Source: Takakia lepidozioides (Eukaryota > Plantae > Bryophyta). From it: a DNA stretch of 64,000 nucleotides. Below the pieces are notes generated by a model. It saw only the letters and a program-made list of their open reading frames with translations, ran no database searches and had not been told where the DNA came from. Where the stretch lies: contig CM060731.1 in the NCBI GenBank assembly GCA_030704615.1, forward strand, positions 73,346,001 through 73,410,000. Reading direction: 5' to 3'. Shown piece after piece: positions 1-10,800 of the stretch. Position numbers and translations under genes: made by a program. The stretch's first letter is position 1, and each line of letters opens with the position of its first letter.

Positions 1-816
1 TTCGCATTCATCTTAGCTACCTTACCATTGATAATTAAGTATCAGTTTGCTTCATCAATCTATCGGTTTCCTTCACTCATCCATTCATTCCACAGCTTCA
101 CTCAGATCTCTCTACACAGTGTGATTGTATCGTGTAAGTATCAGATTATGATTTATCAGGTATCAGGCCGAAGCCATTATGTCTCTAATCTGCTCTACAA
201 TATCACTACAGCTTTGCATATAACAAGCATCTACTAATCCTCTTTCCTCCTTCACCGTGCTCTCCATCTTTGCTTCCGATCTCCGCTCCAGCCTGACTAA
301 GAAGTCCTCCTCCGAATAATGATCCCCCCCATTTCCCCGTTTTTCCCTTTATCTTCCTATCCGCAGTTCTAACCGTTTCCCTCACTAACCGTCGTCTGTG
401 AACTAACATGTTCCCTTCGCAGGTGTTGTTTCCCCACAGTCGTTCCCTGTCCTACTCTTCGTTCCCTATGATCGTGACAGCTGTGTCAAGCTGTGACTGG
501 CTGTGTGAAACTGTGACGGGCTGTGACGGGCTGTGTCTGCTGTGACGGGCTGTGACGGGCTGTGTCGGCTGTGTCTGCTGTGACGGGCTGTGACGGCTGT
601 GTTGGCTGTGTCTGCTGTGACTGGCTGTGTTGGCTGTGTAGGCTGTGACTGGCTGTGTGGCTGTGTCGGCTGTAACGGGATGTGTTGGCTGTGTAACCCC
701 CTTCTACAGTGCGCTGCTGTCACCCCTAAGGCTCCTGTTGGTCTCAGTCTGTGCAAAAATTAAGGGTACCCTACAGATCCCGTATAAGTGTCTAAGTCCC
801 CTACAGTCCTCTAACA
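1..816. mobile_element. Probable end of an LTR (retrotransposon long terminal repeat) inserted into the Sola-like transposase
   Basis: Non-coding sequence ending ...CCTCTAACA at 816 (TG...CA LTR terminus; reads TGTTAG on the minus strand). It begins exactly where the Sola-like reading frame DFAENYTFT-V-(CA) breaks off. The other LTR end is not in the window. Confidence 0.45.
478..695. repeat. Degenerate short tandem repeat (GGCTGTGT/CTGTGACGG units)
   Basis: Directly visible run of ctgtgacggg/ctgtgtctg/ggctgtgt units. Confidence 0.9.
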
Positions 817-829
817 TGAACCGTAAAAG

Positions 830-1090
830 GAGGTTTACTATTTCATGAGCAGAAACCATGAGCCATGAGCCATGAGCCGCATGAGCCGCATGAGCGGTGA
901 GCCGAAGTCTAAGATACGCGGATTTCATGAGCGGACTCCTCCAAATTTGGAAATGCGGCAGATTAAACAAGTATTAAAATAATAGTTTTTTATTTGACCT
1001 TGCCGTTTTTGGACGTTCCAGATCATGTAATGCGGCGAAGATATGTCGTCAGTAACAAGTCCGCTCATGGTTTTTTAGATCCGCTCATGG
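830..1090. repeat. Left TIR and subterminal CATGAGC heptamer repeats
   Basis: Six CATGAGC units at 845-895, another at ~926, inverted copies at ~1063 and ~1083. Mirrored at the right end. Confidence 0.9.
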
Positions 1091-1680
1091 AAATAAGTGA
1101 CCGTGCAACGGGAAATCCAGTATACCACTGCAAAAGGACGTCGCATACTGGCCTGTATAGAGTATTCCGCGGTTTTACATGCCTTAACATTGGAATGAAG
1201 CTGACCCTTTTGCCGCGATTGAACCAATGGAGTCTGCACCAATACAGTCTGCAGTACTTCACAATTCTGTCTTCTTCGGGTATTCGGCGGGAAAGGTTTG
1301 CAACTGAACTGGGAAATAGGGTGCCGCATTAGGGTTCGCACGTGCGAAATTTCGGAGCGGTTTGGTGTTGGCGAAGGCCGCCTCTGGGGGTACCTACGAC
1401 GATACTTGGAAATTCGGCGCCGCATTTCCTTGTCGGAGGTCGAATGAGGAAAGCAAGTTTTCGGAAAGCAGAAAAACATGAACCCTCCAACATACAAAAA
1501 TACATGCACGTGGAAACAAGTGAACGATATAGTAATATCTTAGTTCGATCAAAACAGGTTACTGGTAGGCAAGACATATGTCGGACCTTTCTGTGGCCAG
1601 AGTCTGAGGTACTGGCAGCAGTACAGTTCTACTATCCGAAAAGGATGGGCGTACCATTGTATGTGGACCGCAAGCCAAGC

Positions 1681-4600
1681 TCACTGGTCCCCTGGATCCA
1701 TATTCAGAAGAGTGTGAACCTCCTGGGGGCTCAACCCTGGTGCATGTATGAAGTGATGAGTTGTGGAATTACAACGGAGTCTCTTTAGGTACACGTAGTA
1801 CAAATGCTTGCAAGGGCAGTATGATGCCCCCTTGTTCGCCATGATCTGGAAGTCGGTGCAATTGCAGGTGGGTAATTCTGAAATGGTGATGGTGTACACC
1901 TCATTGCGAACAGCTGAGCCCGCCGTGGCCATCTGATACACACGCCCGAATCCTGGTGGGGGCACTTCTGTCGAGCTCTGGATTGTACAGTTCATCCGAA
2001 GTGCATTCCCCATCCTTGTCTCGTTCACTTTTGAGGGAGGTCGCCGCCTCTTCGGTTTCCCCCAACGGTGTGTAGGATGCTTAGAGCTGTCGTGTCCCAT
2101 TGTTCTTGCTCTCACAGGGGTCGGTGGTGGAGGCTGTGGAAGCGGAAATGGTTGTCTGGGGACGTCAGTGCGCTGCACCATCCGAAATCCTGCGGCGGTA
2201 AGGGCGTCGGCCTCAACCTGACTCAGATCGCAGCCTGGTTCCACCGGCCACACCGGGGGAGCCTCTGGCATTGTTTGTATGCCGTACTTGGGCTTTCCAT
2301 ACACGCAAGTCATAATGTCGTGCCTGCAGAACCAGAACTGGGTGGTTGTCGCCTCCGCAAACTTTGCATGGACAAATCTTCCTGTAAAAGTAGGAGCAGG
2401 GACAGCCCCATCTGGATTCCTCCTTATCATCTCTAAACAACGTTGCCGTGTATCCACACGAATTGCGGAACACCTTCCTCGAAACGACGGCTTTGTGCGA
2501 GCAATTCTCCACTGTGATGCAGACACAGTCGTCTCCACAATGGCTTGGCCATACTGCATAACAGCGGGCGGAATGTGGGGCAAGGGAGCGGTGGGAATTT
2601 GTTGCACGAAATCCCCGGTTGAAGGCGACGGCGATCTGGAATTTCTTGGGCTTCCACTGCTGGAAGACACATTGTGCGGCAACATGACGGGACCTCGAGG
2701 TGCTGTCCGAATGTTCCTGTCGGATCTCCAGGAATCCTCTTCGCACCCGGGTTCCTCTTCAATCCTCCGCCTGACAGGGCGAGTCCGGACGTCCCCCTCT
2801 AGGTGTTCACCTCTGCGGTGCAGAGGCGTCCCTTTGATCTTCTCTCGCAATGCTGTCGCCCATTTCACTGGATTCTTGGACCTCGAAGCTGTTCGTACCA
2901 ACAATTCCTCCCTGTCCGGCCCAAAGCCCCATTGTTTGCCGCTCAGGAACTTGTAGTACGTGGCTTGCTGCATGATTGCTCTGTCGATGTCCTCCGTTGT
3001 GGCCGTGACTACGTCCACCAGATGTGCGGCAGAAGACGCTCGCCAGGAGGAGTGGACCGATTCTGCCATATTCGTGTTCGGCATGTCCGTGTCGGAATCC
3101 AAGCACCGCTCCTAGAAGGACACAAACAATGGTGAGGGACCAATCGAAATGTCCGTAACAGAAAGACAAATGAACGAAATTGACAGCAGCCTACCTCCCG
3201 CATGTACTGTCCGAACTGTCGATACCGAAAATGCCACCACCCCAACCAGCTGTGCAATGCTCCCAGATTGGTTGTCTCCACTGCACCTGACGTGTTCCAC
3301 CAAGCCTCGATGATAGCAAACTTAACCTCCGCGTCATCAAATGTGGGTGCATCCTTCCACGCCGTACAAAGGACACGGTGTTCAGCCTGGAATGAGCTAG
3401 CAACAAATTTGGTAGTGTAGTGGGATAGACTCTGCATCCAATGGAATCCACAGGATCTCTCTTTCCCCTCCATTGGAACATTGGGGTCCTCACCGTACAC
3501 ACGCCGCACCGCTGCCCAGTTGGCCTGAGCGTTGTCTGCCATGAATCCCCTGAAATTGGGCTCTGGCAATCCCGCCCTTGCCATCTGCTCGTTTATGCCC
3601 TCCCACAGATGCATCTCGGACTGTGTGTCCTCCCCTTTCATCTCGCAGATTGCAATCGTCATGAGCCTCTTGGAGTGATAGTCATAAACATGCGCACCCA
3701 TAGTCACCCACTGATGGTTTGTAATTCGCTTGATGTGATCAAACATCACCCAAGCATTCGACAAGTTTCCAGTTGTCATGCGAGTGACCAAGTCGACTCC
3801 ACTCCCAGGCCCACACGTCGACATTTTGAAAATGTAACAACGATCGGATTCGCTGCCTTGCCCTGGAAACCTGCTACCTTGGATGTAGTCATATCCAGTC
3901 ATTCGTTTCACCTCCAGGATTGAGTACATGTCCGACCCCCTGCCGAACTCCTGCTTGCAAGATACGATGTGATTCCGCACATTCGGACTACAAACGTGCG
4001 AGACGGACTCCAAGAGGTCACGCATCTCGTCTTCGGTCAAGGGCTCTCGGTCGGAACCATCTTCAGACATGATTTTGCCAAGAGCAATCTTGTGAGCTGC
4101 CTTCAGCTGAATCTGCTTTGGTCTGGCTCCGGGGCTCAATTTCACCTCCTCTTTTATGATGTCGTGTGCTTCCTGCACAGCCTCACGCATGTTGCCTCTC
4201 GCCAAGGGGTGGCAGTGGACCCCAACGTGTATGCAAGCTCTAGTCAAGTCCGGGAGCAAATGGATAACGTAGTATTGCTTGGCTCTGCACATGGACATGC
4301 ACGTCGGTGGTTCTTTGCAATGTGCACACTTGAAAGAACCCGCAGGAGCTTGGCTGGAGACAATGAATGGATGATGCGTTGTGCCAGTCCAATCCGTCTC
4401 GTTTCTCCGCCCTCCTTTGGAGAGAAAGTGGAAGCAGGTGGGATTGAGGCACCTCAGCTTCCCCGCACAGAGGACATATCGTACACGAACACCATCAGCA
4501 ATTTTCGTGCTACTGGTCTTCGTCACACACCAGGGGTGTCCGTCATGCTTTCGATCCATGTCTGTTAACATCCCGGAGGCTTTCTTTGACGAAGAAACAG

Positions 4601-5288
4601 GTGGAAACTCGAAGATGACATTGCCATCGACTTCGGGAGGCAGAAACGTTACCTTTCTGACTGGGAATTTGGCATAGTCGAGAGCAGCCAGCTCGGAGCG
4701 AGAACCATCGAGGTGATGTTGTCGTAGGAGCTGCACAATGGACCGGGTTGGAGTTATGCTCGAGGGCACATACGTAGCACCTACAGAGACGTCCATGCCG
4801 GATTTGAACGACCGTGTGGAGGACATGGGTACCTCAATGCAATCATCTTCCTCGTCGGAAATGTCGAATACGTCCACACGAGAAGCTATGGAGGGTCTTG
4901 ACGGTCCAGGTCGGGAATGATTATCGTTGCATACCTCTCTGTTGGCAGTGGCCGCCTCTCGGTTTCCGGACTCCTTTGTGGATGGTGTGGGCAGCGACTG
5001 ATTCGGAAAGGGAATGGGCATTCCCACAGCTCGGTACAGGATGGTGTCTGACGGGGGAACGTGCCATTCGATTCCGCAACCTCCGTCGTTACCTAGCACG
5101 ACAATGGTCTCGTCAACCTGTCCAGGAACATCCTTCCTTTCTTCTTCCAAATAAACTGTGCCCGGTTTGAGCTTGAATTTGGAACAAAGGTAAGTTTCAG
5201 TCACTCTGCAAAGTCCTCCCTCGTTTGGGATCCAGGCTCTCCCAAGTTGCGGAGGACAGCAAACTATAGCGTAGGAATTCGGAGCCAT
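1681..5288 (-). CDS. MULE transposase (GCM/WRKY-like Zn DNA-binding domain + DDE core + SWIM Zn finger), 2 exons (5288-3195, 3111-1681)
   Basis: Motifs: GHPW..T..S...RYVLCAGKLRCLNPTC...HVGVHCHP; WVMFDHIK (D1); FMADNAQANW (D2); SCGFHW (MULE CxxH); PNTNMAESVH (E); CNC...CKH SWIM. A GT-AG intron at 3194-3112 joins the two long ORFs in frame. Start codon approximate. Confidence 0.9.
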
Positions 5289-5716
5289 CGAACACCGCAC
5301 GGAGTTGGCAAGTGCGAGGTTCAGTATAGCGACAGACCAAGGCTCACAGGCCCATCTAAGTGGATCTGCGGAGTCCATCGACGATTGGAAGTCGCACATT
5401 GAAGTGGAAAGTATTGTTTCAAGCTACATGCATGAAGGTGGGAGGTTTGATTCCATAGCCAGTGAGTATGACAATGATGGCCGATTCGGCGACGAAATAA
5501 CATCTCCTGACAGTTTCTCCTGAGGGTGGATCCAGCAGTATTCTCGGTGCAGACAGGAACGTTCGCACTGACAAGTGCCAGGACTGCTGGTTAAAACGGT
5601 CAGACAACCAAGTTGTGCTCATCAAGACTGGCCGCAATTGTGTTGTTTCGGAACAATGCAACCCATTCAGGTTCCAGATTTCCCGTCCCGAGTGATTCTT
5701 TCGATTGCTGGTGGAC

Positions 5717-7420
5717 GGAAATACGGCGCCGCATTTCCGTATTGCATCTTGGTCATGCACCAGAGCGACGGAAATGCGGCACCGGGTTTCCGTCCGGGGG
5801 AAACCTTTATACTCTCCAAACGGAAATGCGGTAACGCATTTCCATCCAGCAAGCACGGTATGTGAAGGTCGAACGGAAATGCGGTACCGCATTTCCGTTC
5901 TGATTGAGATTTATGAACAACGGGAACAGAAATGCGGCACCGCATTTCCGTCCGAGTCGCACTTTTCCGACATTTCAGAACGGAAAAGCGGCGCCGCATT
6001 TCCATTTTGTATCTGATGCATGGAGCTGAGGGATTGAAATGCTGCAGCACATTTCCGTCCTTAAAAGACATTCATACTCTCCAGAACGGAAATGCGGTAC
6101 CGCATTTTCATTCAACAAGCACGGTATGTGAAGGTGGAACGGAAATGCGGTACCGCATTTCCGTTCTGATTGAGATTACGAACAACGGGAACAGAAATGC
6201 GGCACCGCATTTCCGTCCGAGTCGCACTTTTCGACATTCCAGAACGGAAATGCGGCGCCGCATTTCCATTTTGTATCTGATGCATGGAGCCGAGTGCGAT
6301 TCCGACAGCTTCATACAGCGCAATTCCGACCGCTTGAGACATTCATACTATCCAGAACGGAAATGCGGCAACGCATTTCCGTTCTGACTGAAAATCGTGA
6401 ACCATCTGAACTAAAATGCGGCACCGTATTTCCATCCGAGTCGCACCTACCAACATTCCAGAACGGAAATGCGGTACCGCATTTCCGTTCTGACTGAAAA
6501 TCGTGAACCGTCGGAACTGAAATGCGGCAACGCATTTCCATCCGAGTCGCACCTCCCAACATTCCAGAACGGAATGTATTAGATTCAAAGGGAAATGCGG
6601 CACCGCATTTCCGTTCTGATGAAATATCCTGAAACCTCGGAACTGAAATGCGGTACCGCATTTCCGTCGGAGTCGCACCTTCCGACATTCCAAAACGGAA
6701 ATGCGGCGCCGCATTTCCGTTTTGTATGTGAGGCATGGAGCTGTGGAACGAAAATGCGGCACGGCATTTCCGCCAGCGTCAGACGTTAATACTCTACAGA
6801 ACGGAAATGCGGTACCGCATTTCCATTCTGACTGAAAATCGTGCGCAACGGGAACAGAAATCCGGCACCGCATTTCCGTTCGAGTCGCACCTTCCGACAT
6901 TCTAGAACGGAAATGCGGCGCCGCATTTCCGTTTTGTATATTGGGCCTGGAGCTGTGCTACGAAAATGTGTAGCCGCATTTCCATCCATGTGAGACCTTC
7001 AAACTTTCCGGACCGGAAATGCGGCACCGCATTTCTGTCCAGGTGAGACCTCTATACTTTCCCGAACGGAAATGTGGCACGGCATTTCCATTCATCATCT
7101 AACGGATGTGAAGTGGGAACGGAAATGCGGTACCGCATTTCCGTTCACATTGAAAATCATGAACCACGGGAACTGAAATGTTGTGCCTCATTCCCGTCCC
7201 AATCGCACCTTTCGACATTCCAGAACGGAAATGCGGCGCCGCATTTCCCTTTTGAATCTCATACTTGGAGCTGTGGGACGGAAATGCGGCACCGTATTTC
7301 CGTTCAACAACTAAGGTATGTGAAGGTGGAACGGAAATGCGGTGCCGCATTTTCTTCCAACAAGTACGGATGTGTAGCTTCGTGATGGTACTTAACGGAA
7401 ATGCGGCGCCGCATTCGCAT
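5717..7420. repeat. Array of ~30 palindromes GGAAATGCGGYRCCGCATTTCC at ~53-bp period, with higher-order (~5-unit) structure
   Basis: Starts at 5717, 5770, 5822, 5875, 5928, 5981, 6035, 6088, 6141, 6193, 6246 ... 7333, 7397. Spacers recur every ~265 bp. Confidence 0.95.
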
Positions 7421-7853
7421 TTTCGCTCCAACTCATCAGACGCTGGGACGGAAATACCTTGAAATGTGAACACGTGGAGCAACGGAATTGCTGCACATGT
7501 CGGCACTCTATCTGACTGAAGGGGCATGAGGCGGCGCGGCCTGACCGTTCGATAATGATGTTTGTTTTTCGGACGGCAGGCGTACCCTCAACGATTCGAA
7601 TTTCGTAATGACGCAAACTCCCCGAGGAGACACTTTCGTCCAACCTTTCGAACCCAAGTGGTGCATCACCGCCGTTTCATCTACTTTTGTCGTGTCTCCT
7701 CAGTCACCCCTCTCGCGCCCTTTCCATCTGCACTCTTTGGCCCTTTTCCCTCTCTCTGTTCTTCTTATGCTCGAACCTGAGAGGGGGGGAGTTCGTGCAC
7801 CAGCCAGGAGACCTCGTCGCAAGCTCCGGAAATTATACTTCGGACGTAGGCCA

Positions 7854-10800
7854 ATGCCGAAGGGGAGGAAGCAGATGCGTCTACAGGAGGAGATTGCCAT
7901 CTCCGAGCAGCAGGCCACTCAGGCAACCCAGCCACCAGTGAGAGCTCCATGCGATCGGGCTGCGCGCAGCTGATCGAGCACCGAACCCCCCATTTTGCTT
8001 CTGTAATTCTTAGACTGAATGCTAGGAGACTTGAATGCAGAACATGTTTGCATGCCTAACAGGAAAGGTGGACGTGCTGGAGGGATCGCAGGAATCCGAA
8101 GAGCCGCAGGAAGAGTCCGAGGAGCTAGCTGCAGCACGTACACCCACCCGATCCCCGAGCGCGGGTATTCCTGCCGGGCCTAGCCCTCTGCGATTCAAAG
8201 ACGCGTCTTCGAAGGGCAAGTTCAAAGTCCCAGAGATCGACTCGCGTTCTTCGGTCATGGAGAATCGCCAGCAGGGGTCGGGCCCTTCTCCAGCAAAGTC
8301 GAAGAAGAAGCAGCCCGTCCCTCTACTGGCTTCTGAACCGGCTCAGGCCGATTCACCCCCCCCAACGCGAATGAAGCAGCAGGGTAGAAGACAGATTCAA
8401 TTGCAGCAGACACCTTCACCTGCAAGGATGAGGAAGCAGAAGGCAATCAGGGCGACGGCGAACAATCTCCCGCAAAACCGCTTCCACGAGCTGAAGCTCA
8501 GTTCCTGGAGGATTTCCCGCCTGCAGATGTTGGGGCCGACTCTGCTGCAGCGAAGGCAATGGGATCGACCGTTGATCTCGATTTGGTACCGGAGGAGGGT
8601 GCTGCCGCTCAACGTTCGCAGCAAGACCTCACCACCGATGAGCAAGCAGGCCCGGAGGAGGCCTCTGCAATGGCAGAATTGCCCGCAGACAGGCCCCAGA
8701 GTGCAGCTCCAGTTGAGGATGCTCCAGCTGCTCAGCCACTACCGGCACCTACAGACATGTCTCCGGAGGATTTCAAAAGTGCAGCGGATAAAATGTTGGA
8801 GGAGACACACAGTAGCATTGGCAGAGTTCTGGGCAGCAGGGTATTCCAGCGGACTCTTCGAATCCCACTCTGTCGCATGGTCTCCCTTCCCATCGTCAGG
8901 CAGGCCCTTCCCGGAGATGTGGATAAGCTCAAGTTCGCATTTCGAGAAGGGTACCGTCTGGGATCGGCAGCGTTTTACGTTTCCATTGAGAATGAGGACG
9001 GCGAAACTCGTGGACCCACTGCCGATGAATTGTCAACGTGGGATACCCACTGGCACACTCGCAACCACGAATTCGAGGCGACGCTGAAGGGTGATCCCGA
9101 CTTCGGCCATATGTCGGGTAAAATGTTCTTTGTGTGGGACGGGAATCACCGACTTCTCGCCTGGTGGGAGTACATCAAGCAGAACCATGCCAAGCACATT
9201 GGCTGGCATTACATGGTGGAGTGTGTCATCCTCAAGGTGAAGGCGGCAGACTCCTCCCTGCTCAAGAATGCCATGGCGGACCTCAACTCGTAAGATACTC
9301 ATACCCTCCCTAGCACGTTCGAAATGCGGTGCCGCATTTCGGTTTCCATTCTGGTTTGTTTCCGTGCTTCCGTGTACTGAACTGGAGAGTGTGCCTTGCA
9401 GGGTCACTGAAATGCGTACGTGCATACCCACATGGCACATATGCTGTACAGGGTGAGGAAAACTGGTCTCACTGATCCGCAGATGTTTGCGGAAATGCTG
9501 GAGCCCGAGCTCATTCAGAAAGCCGTTGCAAAAACAGACCGGACATGGTATCGTCTCACTATGGATGGAATGGTGGAGGTGATATACGAAGTAAGTCGTC
9601 CTCCAATTTCCCTCTGCTCATCCTTCCCCAATTTTCAGTAATGTTTCCACATGAATCGAATGTAACGCTTCTGCATGTTTTTGTTGGCAGTCAAACATCA
9701 AGCTGGATTTGGCCCATGCCAAACGCTTCTTCATGGAAAGTGAGGGGCAGGTGAAAACGTTGCAGTCATTGACTGAGCACTTGAAGGAAGCCGGTGTCAA
9801 GTCCAGAACCAAATACAAGTCAAAGCTTGTGAAGCTGGTGGCAATTGCAGATCCGGCACTTGGAAAGGACTTCATCCCCGAGATTGCAAAACACTATTCT
9901 CGGGCCATGCAGCCGACCATGCAATTGGAGAAACTGCATCACCTCTCAACGGCATGTGTGGAGGCGAAAGAGAAGGTGAGGTTTCAATGCACTGAAGTTC
10001 CTTCCTAGCAATAGCCACTCTCTTCCAGCTCCTGACATTGGATCGGAAATGGCAGACACGGTGGCTGTCGATCTGGAATGCATCCGAGAGCATAAGGACA
10101 ATGTGGTCTTTTCCACTCGAAGTTTCCGACCCTGCAGTGGATGTGTGGCTCAACCGTATGACTTGGTGGTTCCAGGTAATTCAAGGTACTTCCCCAGATT
10201 TGCTTTTCTGACATGAATTCCCTGAACTGCTACGTGACAATGCATTTGGGAATCGCAGGTAATGTCGAATGCGAAGGAGCAAGTCGTAATGCACACAAAT
10301 TCGTTCGGCTTGTACGTCAAATGGGATGGAACACAGACATTGGAAGACTACGTGACACGTTTCAGATGTGCGTACAAGGACAACCTTTTCGCCAGAGAGC
10401 TACAGACAGCAAGAAGGAGCGTGGAGTTTACACATCAGGAGGGAGCGGGGAAAGCTGCAATGCGAATTGTTTACAGGTGAAGCACAGCTGCCCTTGTATG
10501 CGAAGCCTGGTTACGAGGTTTGTCTCGGAAATGCGGCACCGCATTCGCATTTTATGTTTTCGGTGGCACTCTGCCAGTAGGTTGGTCTCAACTTTTGCTC
10601 ACGCATGCTGACTGCCTTGCAGGTATATGAAATACGTGCTCCTTCAGACAGGGGCCCTGGCTCAAGAGCCCCCGTTCTTCATGGCTTGGACCGTGGCGGG
10701 CCCAAGCTGTGTCTACACACCCGAGATGCAGAAACAATGGCATCCCGCGCATCTCGTTGGATGCCCGTGGTACCTGGACATGTCTGGCGGTATTGTTGAC

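Noticed and set aside
466-756. 96-aa QPTQP/TADTA ORF
   Set aside because: Artefact of the simple tandem repeat.
5717-7420. CRISPR array (palindromic repeat with ~30-bp spacers)
   Set aside because: Spacers recur in a higher-order pattern, repeats are degenerate, there are no cas genes, and the context is a eukaryotic transposon with introns.
5419-7527. Many overlapping ORFs with MRCRIS/GNAAPHF/KCGAAF repeats (also at 13.2-13.9, 33.8-34.5, 40.2-41.8 and 49.4-50.1 kb)
   Set aside because: They are translations of the palindrome in all six frames and are not conserved in frame between copies.
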